This document shows positions 36,108 through 50,200 of a stretch of 64,000 nt of DNA, in pieces. Source of the stretch: Felis catus. Taxonomy: Eukaryota. The translations under genes and the position numbers were made by a program. The first letter of the stretch is position 1. Every line of letters begins with the position of its first letter. Location of the stretch: the NCBI RefSeq assembly GCF_018350175.1, contig NC_058369.1, forward strand, positions 23,004,001 through 23,068,000, given 5' to 3'. Below the pieces are notes generated by a model, which was given only the letters and a program-made list of their open reading frames with translations, made no database searches and was not told the DNA's origin.

Positions 36108-39100
36108 CCCCAAGCATCATCTGAAGTTAATTTATCCAGGAGTAACTTGGGCTTTGGGGGAAAAAAAAGTCACCTTCTTTTTATAAGTTACCTGTAAATG
36201 AAACTGCCTAGTTTTGCCTCTCATTTTCTTCTTGTTGAAAAATGTCTTAGTTACTCCGTTTTTGCCTTTTATTACACAAACTTGAGAAACGCTCAGGAAT
36301 GCAGTTTAAAGGGATGCAACATTATTTCCTTCACCTTTATTTCCTGGAGGAAAAAAAAAAAAGTGCCAAAGCCATTTCCTGGGCCTAGACTGGGAGGCGA
36401 GACCCCCGGAGATGGGCAGAGGTGGAGTAGGAGGGTCCAGAGACTGGTCCTTTCTCCCCGAGGCCAGCGAGATGGCTGGCGTTCCTCATCACAGTGGACA
36501 GCTGGAGACGGAGACGCTGGCTATGGGGTAGGGCATCAGGCTTCAGTTGGACCCCTGAAGCTGGGGGCCGGATCGCCCTGCTCCATACAGGCTAAGTATA
36601 GAAAGGAAAAACGAGCCAGCTAGTAAGGGTTGTTCATTTGATGTCTCTGCTGATACTTCACATTACCATTTTCCCAGCCAGAAATAATATACCTGCAGCT
36701 GTGTTTCTGTAGGACAACGGGGACATCTAATAATATATCGGGCTGATCTAAGCTGCCTTTTCTCCAGCGATGACCCAAGGGGAAGATACATACTCTACCT
36801 TTATGTTATCCGATGGTACTAATCAGAAACCATTGCTGTGGAAACACCTTGCCCTGTTTGGTCCCCTTCTAATAGGAAATCATAAATTAAAACAGATTTT
36901 GATAGATTCTGCTTAATGCCAAAATGAAATCCTCACATATTTTGTTGGATATTACATAATTAGTTGACTTCTCAAAGGAGTTCTAATTATGCCTATGGAA
37001 TCAGCTCACGATAATGAAATACATTCATCTCTCTGGCAAGCTGTCTGTTGCTTAGCACTGAGCTCCGAGTCAGTCCTCTGGGGTTCGCCTTCTAGCTCCG
37101 GGAGCAAAGCTTTATTTACAGCCACAGAAATGAAACACAAAGTTATTTTATTACGTACTTCTTTTTTATTCCTTCTAAGAACATCAGTTTTTCTTAGCTT
37201 TCTGTACTGTGTGAATGGCCATGTGTAAAGTAGCTGTACTAATCCCCAAACATAAAGATCTCCCCCACCACCCCCAAATGCATCACTAAGTCTCATAATA
37301 CCAGAAAAACTGCCAGAGATAGGAAGAGAATAATGACAAGGCCAAAGGGAATGAGTTCTTTGACTCCGAATTGCATTATCTGTAACATAAGTATTTGGGA
37401 AAAGAGTTAAATAGATGGGTGGATGGGTGGGTGGTTAAGTGAGTGGATGGTGAGATGAGAGGGCAGATGTGTATTTGAACAGATGGATGAATATTTAATC
37501 AGGAAGGGATATAGATGGAACAGAGCTAATGCACGAAACTCTACCTTTGCATATATTATCCTGCACTTGACTGTCGGAGAAAATTATGAAGAAAAAGAGG
37601 GACTTTTTTTCTAATAATTTCTTATTTGTAAAAGGGAAGCTCAAAATTCTTTTAATTGCTCAATAGATAGCTTTGAAAGGTAACAGCAAAGATGCAGGGA
37701 AAGTTGACTCGGGAGGAAAATTAGAAGAAATGTCTCTGAGACAAACCAGGTAAGAGAAAGTATTATGTTCCAATAGCATAAAATATAAGATAAAAATGTA
37801 TTCTCTATAAATAAGTCACTCGTAACCAAAATTAGAACAAAGCTCTGCTTAAATTTCACTGAAAAGTAGACTGTTCCAAATCACATTAGTGAATGAAACC
37901 CAAGCCAAGAAGGAGCCATTCAGAGTGACATTTATGGAGTGTTTCTGCCTCGATTTTTACATTTAATAATGAAGATGCCCTGTCCAACCCTATGTTGGCA
38001 CAGGCATAGAGAAGATGCAGGGATGTCTACTGGTTTTCCTCTCCCAATTTAAGCAGTCATGAATCTCTTCTGATGGGCGCAGACACCAAAGGCGTTTTTG
38101 CTGTTTGTTATGAAGTCACCTCCTTTCCAGATGCCCCTTGAAATACATGTAGAAAGAAAAGCCCTGGAAAGATAGTAAACCAAGTTTTCCTAAGACAGAA
38201 GATGTCTTGTTTTATGACACGTGATGCAGGGAGACTGGGAACTACCTGTGAGGGCAGCCTAGGCTTGCATTATCCCCAGCACACTAGGAAATACTTTGCC
38301 CCATCAAACACCTTCCGTCTGGCCTAACACCCGGGGCGGAAGAATCCTTACAAGAATCCGCCCGTGTGGTTAGTGGTTGAACTGCAGTGGAGCACCTGTG
38401 AGCACTTCTTTGGCTGTAGGGTTGGATTCTCCTCCCATCAAAAAAGCCATTCGTGAACTGTGTTGACCAAAGGGTTTGTTATGCCGTGTCTTTAGCAGAA
38501 GCAGCTCAGTCCGGCTTAAATTCCCAAAGATCAAGTTCCCTTGTGTTACTCATCTCCGTTCTGGCAGGCACTGTGTAATTGCTGTGTGAACACTGTTTTA
38601 AAAACCCCTGAGCTGGGTCCGTTCATGAGACGCTCACATGATAGGACCTTTCCTTGAACTATTCTTTCCAATAGAATGTTGGAATCCCTGAACTTCACGT
38701 AATAGAGTGAAAGACATGAATTGGTCTTGAAGACTAAGTTATGACATCTGCAGGGCAGTTTTGCTTTGTGCTAATTGGATATACATTCAGTAAGCATGAT
38801 CAATCATCATAACTAAGGCAGAGGCTGAAAGGAAGCAATAGTAGTAAAGTCAGATGGCATTTGTAGTAGATGCGTGTGCTTGTGATGATTACATGAACAT
38901 GTTTCCATTTTATTTCTGTTCCTTCAGAGACAACAAGCTCACTTTCGCTCAAGCCAGGGTGTTGAACCCTGATAATGGACACACTGCTGGTGTACTTTCT
39001 GCTGAGTTACAAGAACAGAAACAGTCTAGCTTTCTTGAAAAATTGTGATAAATATTTGGACCATATATTAAGAGTCAAAATAGGCATTTTAATTTTGACT

Positions 39101-39226
39101 TTTGGAATCAATTGAGATGGCAAAAACAAGTAGATTTGGCATGAAGAAAGAATTTTTTATTCAAAAATGCAAAAGGCTATGATTTATTATAACTATCTTA
39201 TTATGTGGTGTTTAAGGATAACTTCT

Positions 39227-39448
39227 AGTTTTTAATTTTTTTATTGTTTTGTTTTTAAGAGAGAGAGAGAGAGAGACAGAGTATGAGTGGGGGAGGGGCA
39301 GAGAAAGAGGGAGACACAGAAACCCAAGCAGGGTCCAGGCTCTGAGCTGTCAGCACAGAGCCCGACGTGGGACTCAAACCCACAAGCCGTGAGATCATGA
39401 CCTGAGCCGAAGTCGGACGCTTAACTGACTGAGCCACACAGGCGCCCC
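39227..39448 (-). mobile_element. CanSINE
   Basis: Canonical body flanked by AAGGATAACT at 39214 and 39449. Confidence 0.95.
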
Positions 39449-39467
39449 AAGGATAACTCTGTTTTAA

Positions 39468-39681
39468 ATTTTTTTTTTCAACATTTATTTATTTTTGGGA
39501 CAGAGAGAGACAGAGCATGAACGGGGGAGGGGCAGAGAGAGAGGGAGACACAGAATCGGAAACAGGCTCCAGGCTCTGAGCCATCAGCCCAGAGCCCGAC
39601 GCGGGGCTCGAACTCACGGATCGCGAGATCGTGACCTGGCTGAAGTCGGACGCTTAACCGACTGCGCCACCCAGGCGCCCC
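39468..39681 (-). mobile_element. Very young felid-type CanSINE
   Basis: CpGs largely intact. TSD GATAACTCTGTTTTAA at 39452-39467 and 39682-39697. Confidence 0.97.
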
Positions 39682-40756
39682 GATAACTCTGTTTTAAGAA
39701 CAGATGTCAGTAGGCCTCCAAAAAGCAAATCTTCTGAGTGTGGGAGAGAATGCTTTACATATTAGCAATAAATTAGGTCTAACAAAAAAATAGTGGATCA
39801 ATCAAACGTACGGTGCCTGGAATCCCTACTCTTTTTCCATGCTGAGTCAGTCATTAGTATGTGTCTGGGAGGCAGAAGACCCTAGCCTTTGTTCTTCCTT
39901 CTCATAATAATGGGAGTGTGAACAGCCTGGCAGAGGCCAGGAGGCCAGGATCTGCCAACGGGTGCTACTGCGACAACCGGCCCATCACTCTGGGGACGGA
40001 AAATGATGAAGTTAATGTGTGGGCAGGACACCGCCATTGTTCAGGGAGGCATCCTTGGCCTTTTGCTGTGTTCAATAACAGTGACAAAATCTCGGTCGCT
40101 GTTGACACAGGCTTATTCCTCAGGTGTAGAAATGCACTCTGAGCTTACTCTTGGCATTTGCTCTACAACAAAGGGAGCTCTTCATCTTTTAAATTAAAAC
40201 CAAAATCATTCTCTTCCTTCCGGGGTTATGAAAGTAAATATCTTTGCCAAGCCTGCCCAGATTGCTCCAGTGGTGAGTGGTTTGTTACTCCATTCACTGG
40301 GTATAGGGAACAGGACCCTGGAAGAGGACCCATACGAATGACAGAGAACCACTCGACTGTGTGCTGGCAATCAATGTTCCTTAGAGACCACACTCCTCAT
40401 GTGGCCTGTAAGGCCCTGCAGAGGTCTGGCATCTAGTCGGCCTCAGGCTTCACCTCAAACCCAGGCCTTTTCCTGTACCAGGGCACCACGTTCTCCCCCA
40501 GAGGGCATTTGCATTTGCTGCTCCGGTCCCCTTGCCATGCTCCTGTTTGTTGCTCAACAACACACACAACTTTCAAATGTCAACTCAGACCTGCCTCTCC
40601 TGTCTCCTGTGTCCCAGCCTGGGCCGTATTCTGTTGTCCCGCTTTCACATGGGAAGTATTCCCTTCCCTCTGAGCGTTAGTGTCTACTTCCATCCTCCCA
40701 GTGGTCTTGTCTCACCGGTTAGCTCCTTCATTAAACTGTATTGTCTCCACGGGAGT

Positions 40757-40932
40757 CAGGGCCACCCTCCTGGGCGTGCTACCGCATGGTTGCTCCGGGC
40801 TCCACATTCAGAAGGACCCTTTGCTTGTCTCGATGCTCTGCTGTTGCTCTCCTGAAATCCTTCATACTTTTTGAACAAGGGCCCCCACAGTTTCATTTTG
40901 CATGAGGCCCCGCAAATCGTGTCCCGGGTTGG
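40757..40932. mobile_element. MER91-like hAT fossil
   Basis: cagggcc...cattcagaaggaccct...tttttgaacaagggcccc...tttcattttgcatgaggccccgcaaat. Confidence 0.6.
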
Positions 40933-42460
40933 GGCCATGTGTGTCTCTGTCAGATCTCCAGCACGTGGTGTCCGTTCAAGAAGCATTTTGAAAATGACTG
41001 TTTCGGTGACAAGGGTTGCCCTCGTTTCATCAGTGCACAAGGTATAAAATGCCTAATACCTAATTTCAAGTCAGGATGGTCTCTATTTTCCTGGCAGCTC
41101 ACTACCTAATCTTACTCTTTTCGTAAAGTTTGGCAAATGCAACCAAAATTGAATTAAAGAGACATGTGTGTTATGATCTAAGAACAAAAATTGGTTGCAA
41201 ACCCTAGGAAGTATAAAAATGGGCCGGTCTGTTGTTCATTTTTGTTCTAAATTTAGAACCGAAAGGGTGACGTTTAGAAAGCAAAAATGCTAATTGTCTT
41301 GCAAAGGGTGCCGTGATAAGCCGGGGCCAATACCACGTGGGAGACAGTATATCCTTGACATGATAGAGGAAGTTGAGACAGTGGCTGGGCTCCTCTGAAG
41401 CAGGTATAAACACGTTCCCCTGTGTCCATTCAGGACCACGGAAACGCTGAAATAACCAAATGTCCAGTGTGATCTTCCCATCATACAGTCGGGGAAACGT
41501 TGCTCTCTTGCCAGGTAAGCTTGGCCAAATGTCTGCTGAGGAGTCGTGGAGAAAATGCAAAGCCTTCACCATTTTCTGCAGAGTGCCCACACGTTCCCTG
41601 TCAGCTATCTGCCCTGGACACCTTTTCCTCTCCACCCCCCTTGCCCACCCCAAAGGTGACTCCCACAGACTGTGGGGTTGGCAGGATTTTCCAGGCTGTG
41701 CCAGCACACGCTGTTAATAAATTAGGTGCACAGAAGTGTGATGGCAAGGCGTTTCCTCCTGGAGTTCATAGGCCTTCCAGAACATTTATGTCTCATTACA
41801 GCCCGTACAGCAGTTTATGCCCTAATAAATCAGAGACGCTTTGCAGAGATGGACTGGACCGTAATGAATCTTTCTGTTGGCATTTTCCCTTTACAGGCAC
41901 AAATAATGGAGCAAAACTGCCCCATCTGGCCACTCTGTAAGAGAGAACTCACAGTGGGAGCTGTTTTCTCGAGCATGACAAAGGTCACTGCCGGTAGCAG
42001 GAGTGGGGGGTGTGCAGTGAGGGCTGGGAGTGGAATGTAGCCATTTACAAGCCTTTATCACTGTGATTATAGGCATTAGCTGGACTGTCAGGGTCCTGTT
42101 CTCCCTTCCCGTGATGGGCCTCAGGTCTCCGCTGATTTTTCACGTTTAATTTCCAGACCTGGTTGCTGTCTTGCAAGCCACATGAGAGGACACACACCCT
42201 CAGCATGGCGTGCAGACCTATTCGCGTTGATTTACTTTGCATTATCTTAACAAGGTGTGCTCCCAGCTAACTGGAAATGGTTGCCAAGCAGAGAGAGGGG
42301 GGATCACCTTCCCCCTCCGCCTTCCCTCACCAGTGCAAAGAGATGTGCGTTGGGAGCCAAGTAAATATGGAAATTATTATTAATTACGTGGCGATGGATA
42401 GAAATGCGTTATTCTGGCTAGGAAACCAACTCGTCTCTGGTGGAGGTTTACCAGGTGTAA

Positions 42461-42498
<38 letters not shown>
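42461..42498. repeat. (AAT)n microsatellite, ~12 copies
   Basis: Read directly. Confidence 0.95.
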
Positions 42499-44089
42499 GG
42501 GTATGAATCATGTTAAAAACAGTGCCTAGAAATAAGTGAGGAATTTATTTTTGATGCTTATGTATTGTCACAATGGAACCCATCATCCATTTTGGAAGTA
42601 AACAAATATTGATCATTCCCTTTGTACCCAGTAACTGTGGTCTCATGTCCTTGGAGAAAAATTTGCATCTAGTTAAGTGAAAGAAGCTCTTCTGTTTTTC
42701 CTGCCTTTTCACCCTACCTGGTCTGTGCTCCTGCCCTTCGCGGGGCTGTAGAAGAGCTTTGGAGGTGCCTGGGCCGCTTGTTTGTGTTTATAGAGCGGCT
42801 TCTGGGGGCCCTCAGAGAGGGGAATGTATCCGCCTCACCGATTTCTATTCCATAAAGGCTTGCCTGGTGCCTCTGGGAAGGCAGAGGAGAAGCAAGCAAG
42901 GGAGTGCGCGATTTATCAAAAGTGACAAGGAGAACAGAGCTCCTCCATCAGCCTCGGCTACCCTCATATTTACATAACACCTTCCTTCCAGTGTTTTCCC
43001 CAGCAGATGGCCAGGTAAGGTTCATGGACTCTGCACGGAAATACAGCTGGTCCGGAGCAGGCACAGGGGATACTTTGAGCTCTCTCTGAGCAGAATTATG
43101 CAATGGTCCACACGGAGGGAGGGAGGAGACAAAGTCACTCTCTAGCTGAAGAAGCCCTGGAAATATAGACTCAAAGCCAAGTGCTGCTTGCAAATTGGGA
43201 GGTTGCCAAAGCCCAACCCCCAAGACTGGGGGAAAGAGTCAAATCCTGGAGGAGTTAGCAATTGCCCACAAGTGGGTCTGCCTGTCTGCCCTGCTGTAAT
43301 GGGAAAGTTGGTAAGACTTGATGGGGTCACAGAGGGACATTAATATATAGACCGAGAGGATCACGCTGTGTCAAGGGGGAAAACAGTCTACCCTTCAAAG
43401 GGATTCTCCAGGTGAAATAAAAGCGTCCTCATCATCCTGCTTCATCAAGATTCCAGCACCCAGTGAGGCACCGGCTTTGGCCGGGGCTTTGCTCTGAGAC
43501 TGAGTGTGTGTCAGGAGACCGCATGGGCTACAGGATGCTGAACACACACAGCTGCTTTGATTTAAGGTTTGCATTTGAAACTGGCTGAGCCGTAGCAGGT
43601 AATTAGCACCTTTGCTGTTGGAGCAGGCGGTACCAATACTAGTTGACTGCTTTGCAGTTCTTGGTAAGAGAGTCGAGGTGGGGTTTGGGGTGGGGGAGAG
43701 CTCCAGAATGAGCAGGGCATGCTGTGTGTCCCAGGGGATGAGGCCAAGCTGAGAAAGCAGCCAAAGGGTCTTGATTCAGTGCCCTACCCCTCAGTGCCAT
43801 GTTCTAACCGCACTTAGGCCATTCCTTCCTCTGAGATCTGGGCAGACCCCAGAACTTGTTCATATGTCACATTTCTCTTCGCTAAAATCCGCTGTTGGAG
43901 ACTCTGGCCTCATTTTAGGTACTTGTTTCCAGAATAAAAGTGAAAGGTAAAAAGTGTTTGTTGGGAATAGTTTGCTGACCCAGGCCCGAACATGGTGGTT
44001 GTTTAACTCAGTATCACACTTATGGCTTGGTCAGGACCGAGGATGTATCCTGGGGGTGACACGCTTGGCATAGCTACAATGCCAGCAAA

Positions 44090-44270
44090 GACACTTCCAA
44101 ACTGGGTGACCTTGGGCAAGATGTATAAGGCATCTGTGCCTCGACTCTCCCGTGTGTGATTTGAGATTGTTGTGTTAACTCTCTCAAGGCTGTTGTGAGG
44201 GTTGAAACAGATAGGCATGTCAACCCATATCACGGTGGCTAGTGCAAAGTAAATACTCCATAAGGAAGAG
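44090..44270 (+). mobile_element. MIR
   Basis: ctgggtgaccttgggcaag...tctgtgcctc...ggctgttgtgagggttgaa. Confidence 0.6.
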
Positions 44271-47200
44271 CTGTGATGACAGTGACGGGAGAGTGACGCA
44301 GATGATGACATCATTACCCTGGGAACCCAGAGCCCAAAGACCTGGAAGCTAGTTTACGGATGAGCAATAGATTTATTTTCACGTGCCAGCTTCTACTGAT
44401 GGGATGGCTGTGTTGAGCAAGATTCTGAGCCTGCATATGGGCTCAGTGAGAAATCAGTTAGGGATATTTGCCTTTAGAGGTAGAACCAGGGTGATGCCAC
44501 ACACAGTGAATTTGCTATCTCATTAACGCTTCGCTACTGCCCTGAATATGTAATCTGGGGTAGATCCACTTCTCTTGGAATCTGCTTGTCTTTTAACCCA
44601 TACGTAGAATGGGGGTGGTTGGGCCAGATCAGGTTTCTTCAAAGTGTTCAGCTGAGTATCAGAAGATGTTGGGGGCAGGGGTAGGGAATGTTCTTTGGGT
44701 AGGTTTTGGAAATGTGATGTATAATTTATCAAGTTAAGGTGGGTCTTTTATTGCAGGACTTCTCAGAACCTTGATGTGCCAAAAATTCCAAGAGAAGACA
44801 TTCTTTCCAACCTTACCTGATCATGAACACGTTTGTTTTCACAACAGTAGCAACTGGAGAGGCTTGTGTTGCACACCAGTGAAATGAGATAATCCCTGAG
44901 GTCCATTCTTTCTCTCCAAAGTCTGGAAAGCTGTTAAGTCTCAAAAACTCAGATAATTTAATGACTGCCTCTCCCCACCATGAGCTTTTCCTATCTTATC
45001 AAAAGTGCAGCTCTTTCTTAAAAGCCACATTTGAATGATGGTTCTCCACTGACTTAGAACACCTTTGAAAAATACCAAAGGTGATATTTAGTAAAACACT
45101 AATCTTTGACGTTTAGAAACACTTCATCCTGGATCTCAGCTTCAGTTGCAAAGTCATCCTGAAGGGTTGGCCCACTCTTTGCCTTCTTTCTCAATAGTTG
45201 ACCTTCCTTTCTGGGCTGGTGTGCACTGAGGACCTGTGGGGTCAGAAACGCTGCACTCTCTCTCTCCACCTTAGACTCCTGTCACTTCGTCCGCCGGTCT
45301 AAGCTGCTGACAGGCAAAGGGAAGCCTCAGTCTGCCTTTTACACTTGTTCCGGTTAGTGTGTTTTCCATGGTGGGTGAGGAATAACAAGGAAACACCCTT
45401 ATGGCACTGACAGTTTCTCACTTGTAATCAATAAATAGCTTCCTCTTGTATTGTCTCTGAAGGTTGTTGCAATCATTTTTTGGTATCAGTAATGCCGTAC
45501 AGCAACTTTGGGTAATTGGTCTCTGTTAGCAAGCAAAATCCGAGAATGTGCTTGGAATGTAGATATGGTCCCCAGCGTTCCTTTCTTCTGCTGGGCGACA
45601 CAGAGCATTACTTCCCCCCAAGCGGTCCCACCGAGCACAAGCCCCTTCCGCTCGTTCACTCATTCATTCCTGAGTGAGTGAGAGGGGGAGGGGAGTGTTG
45701 GAGATCAAGAGTGAGAAGGGGAAGGAGGATGGAGGTTGGGGGAAGGGACAGGTGCAATAGCTGTCTCAAGAGGCTTGGGCAGAGAAGGGACCAGGATAAC
45801 ACAGAAGGATGCCCTGCTATGGGAGGACCCACTTGGGATTTTTAATTATCAGTTTAAAGTCAACACAGTGATGTGTTCTTCTCCCAATGTATTTAGCTGC
45901 TTCAGTACAGGCCAGAGGAGGTGGAAAGTTGGATCTAATCAGGGGTGGGGTGCAAGCTAGATGGAAGGAGAGTTGATGGCATTGAGAGCACAAAGAGAAT
46001 GAAACGTGCCTCAGAATCTGAGGTGCATAAGGAGGGAGGCGAGGATAAAAGGCAAATGACAGGCAATGATCTACTCCGGATCTACTACGTTGAGATCCTA
46101 GTGGAGGGAAGTGAGCTGGTGGTCTGATAATTGAGTACATAAAATTGAGATTTTGGAGGTAACACAGTATTGACAGTAATAAAGTGTCGACAGTGATAAC
46201 AACCTTCCATCAGCCCGGACCATCCAGGTGCCCTCTTGTTGCTCCCGTGATCCCCTGATCACTTACGAATACCTCAGCAGTGGGCTCACTGCCTTTGTCC
46301 CCACCATCTACCTGTTGTCACTCTTAGTGACATTAACATCCACACAGATGGGTCATCAGACATCCTGGCTTCTGAATTTCTTAACACACCATCCCTTCCA
46401 AAGATGGTGGCCTCTACCCACTTCAACCACCTGCTTCATGGTTATGTCCTGGACTTTGGATCGTTTTTCCTTTCTTCCATAGAGCCCCTGTTGGTATTCT
46501 GCGGAGGTGGCCTTCTCTGGACCATGCTTCTGGAAGTGCTGGCTTTGAATCTCTTACTTTCCTAAGTTTCCACTGTCTCACCTTTGGCAACATGGACCAC
46601 ACGCAGGGTATAGGAATTATGAGTAAACACATGTAAAAGCCCTGACCCTAGGGGTCTGGGAGAATCCTAGGACAGCATGGCTTGGCTTATAGCCACTCCT
46701 CAGGAAATGAGAGTCCCCTTCCTCACTGCTCCCCAGCAGCTTCTGTGGTATCTTGATAGCAGAACTTAGATCACAGATTCTATCTGCTGAAGGAGTCATG
46801 CTCTTCACACATAACAGAGCTGATTGAGGGAATGGTAAATGGAGGTTTGGAATGGGTGCACTGGTTTCATCGGCAGCTTGTACCTGAGTCTCGCTAGGAC
46901 CTTGATAGATGCTGACTCCGTCCTGGGCACTGTGGGGCTGCTCCGTCCCTCCTGCGATAGGGTATATGTCGTGGGGTGGTGAACGAGAGTGTACGCTGGG
47001 TCCTACATGCTGGGCCATTCGCAGGCTAGAAGGGTGCAGATAAATGAGCTAGGTGGACGGAATCTGGGGAAATGACCTTCTGCTTTATCTTGATATCTGG
47101 GTCATTAGGACTGTCCTTCCCACGGCTGGCAAGAATTCCCAGGAGCGGAGACCCAACCCACCTTCTCCAAGGAGTCCCCCTGACGCTCTGTTAGTTGGAG

Positions 47201-50200
47201 GAGGTCAGAGGGGTGCTGCCAGCCATGTGCCACAGTGAGGACCGAGTGGATTAATTAAAACTAAAAATAAACCTTGACTGGAATTGCTGTTGCAGGTGGA
47301 GGGAAGATAGATTAGCCAGACCTAAGAATTTTGAAGCCATCTCCCTTGCATTTAAATTTGACCCCTTAAAAGGACTGAGGAAGAGGAATTGTGTTTGGCA
47401 CCAGGTAGGTAATGTGACGTCCACACCGTGTTAGTTCTGCTTCAGCACATTTAGGGAGCTCCTAGTTACAATATTTTTTTTTTCGTTTTAAACTCAAATG
47501 TGTGGTATTTGAGAATCAGAAAGGAGCTGATATATTTGGGCCCTTGAGCACAGCCCCCTCAGTTACAAAAATAGATGTCCCTGGGAGAAAACTTATCCAG
47601 TCTACTTTAGAAGCCTTGTGTTTTCTTCTTAGCACCCCACAATATATAACTTTACGTACCAAACTTTAAACTGTTGTAATATTGCTTAATCTTGAATGTA
47701 AAATAGTAAAAGTATTTGGTACCATGAGCCTTATAGCCAGTTTGTTAGAAGGCAAACTCACCTGGCTTATTTGATACAAAGAAGCCTAGTTTTGGTAGTT
47801 CTCCAGGAGGGTGAAAAATAAAAAGGGAAGGCGGACCTCAGCATATGCGCTATCTTTCAGGTTTTCCTTATTTTGTGGCCAAGAGCTGTAAATGGCAAGA
47901 TTGATAGGATATTTGAACTCAGGAAAAAAAAATTAACTCTCATCACCTGAGCTAACAAATGATAATCTTTTAGTAAGAAGAATTGGCCTCACTGGCTTAT
48001 TTCAAGACAAATAGATCTGAATTCACTTCACATACACATCAAGGTTTAACATACCTTCCGAAGCAAGGCATTGATTATGAACCATACAGAATGACTAGAT
48101 GAAAATTCAATGAACAGTTTGAGACAACTTAGTGGTATTTAAAGAATCGCCTTTTGTAGCCAAAGTACTTTCTCTTTTACTACTCTGTCCCGGGGATCTG
48201 TTATAAACCATGTTTTAGGATTATGAAATACTATCATTTCCATCCCAGTTGATTCATTACTTGGGTGGGAAAAACGTCAAATCTCTGAACCAAAGAGAAT
48301 GTTGGATTCATATCACGGTGGCCATAGGAGCAGAGTTTACTTGTTAAGCTAGAGGGATGCGGGGCGGGGGAAGGAACTTTGGTCTTAAGAAACAGATCTT
48401 CATCAGAGATAGGCCCACGATATTTAGAAGGGAAAGTTAGGTTATCTTTAGAATCTTGAGTGATGCATTTGTGACAAGACAGAGAAATGAAGCAAGAGGA
48501 GGGAAATTCGTAGAACAGAAATACACAGAATTCTGAAAAGATGCAAGGGGTAGATGGAGGTAGCTGTAGGTGAACCTTGTTTTTGAAGACTTCTGCATAT
48601 AATGATCTGAATCTGAGGAATCTGAGACATGTGTGAGGGTCTTAGATCAGTGGGGATGGTGGGGTCTGAGAGAATCCTAGGACAGTAGTCCTGCCTTCCA
48701 TTTTAGACAGGTCTTTGTAAGTTGGCTACATGTCTCCAAGAGTGACATGGTCTGGCCGTGGCAGGAGTTGAAGTCTTTCTGCTCTAAGATTCAGTGTCTG
48801 TAAGTTTTAAGTTTGCTGCCCATGCAGAATAAGGTGGCAAGAAGGGAGACTTCCAGTTGAGGAATTCAAGAGAGAGAGAGAGAGAATTTAGTAGGAAAGG
48901 AGGGACATATAGGAAATCCCAGAAACCAAATCACACATGAGGGAAAAGAGCAAAATAAAAAGTAAATGAACAAGCCCATTAACTGCATAAACATTTCTGT
49001 GTTCAGGAAACTGCTTCTTTCTTAAGTTTAAAAATGTAAATGATGGTGTTTCCTGCAGTTGGCAGAGAATTACAGGCAAAAACGCTGGCTTTAAGATCAG
49101 ATGGGAAAAATAGGCAGTGGCAGCTCACATGAGGGGCTGTATTAGGATCTCAGGGAAACTGGTTCTTTGAAACACAAGTATGTAAAATCCATTGCATGGT
49201 GGTATAGGTAATGATCGAAGACCCTTACCTTTGGCTAGCCAAATACACAGAGTCCAGAAGATGGATAAAAAGGGCTCAAGACTTAGCTGTTGGCCATGCT
49301 CTGTAGAGAATATCTTCCTGCTCACACATGAACCAATCCCTCTCTCTCTGGGGTCTCTTTCCCCTAGAGTACCTTAAGTCCTTTTCCTGAGCTTGCCTAA
49401 GCCTCTTGGGCTCCACACTGGAAGGGAAGGGGCTCTGGGGCTCCAATCCTGAGGTTGTAGCAACTACAAATGAATCAGATTTCCAAGGCTCCCGCTCTCA
49501 GTGTATTCCTGGGTATTATTATATCCAAAGGCTCTCCACTCTTCTTAGGTCTTCTCAAAATACACTTTTAATACCCTGCCTTAGATAGTAGGCCAGGGAG
49601 AGAGGTTTAAGGAGTAGGAAGAAGTTCAGGGACTGTTGAGGCAGAGACCAAGAACTCCAAATCCAGACTTGGGAGCTTCTCTCTATGCATTAACCCCCTA
49701 GGGAGCTGGAACAGCCAGGGGTCCGAGCCTTGCTCAGGTGCCTTGTGGTTTCCCCACATGTGGTGTACCTCTGTGTGTTTGCTCAGTGGTGTTCCCTCTG
49801 CCTAGGCCGGCCCCTTATCGCTCTGTCAAATTCCTACTCATCCTTCAAGTCTCCACTCAGAAATGCCCTCGTTGTTGGCAATTGCTGATTTAAATGGATT
49901 CAGGAGTCCAGGCAGACCATTCCGTCAAAATGTGCTTCACAGTGGATTCACGGTCAACAAAATGAGACCCAGCCAGCATTAAGAGGGTGAATTAGAGTCA
50001 AAGGAAAGGCCATTTCTTATTTTGAAATAAAATGGCAAATCACAGCTAAATATTTCCTATAGTGAATAAAATTACCTTTTTGCCAATTGCCAATTCTTTT
50101 AATTAATTCAAATGTTGAAACTTCTGAAATGCAGAATCATTTTATTGCCTCTCTGACCCTGAACCAGTGTGATAGATCTTCTGTTGCTATCAATTTAAAT

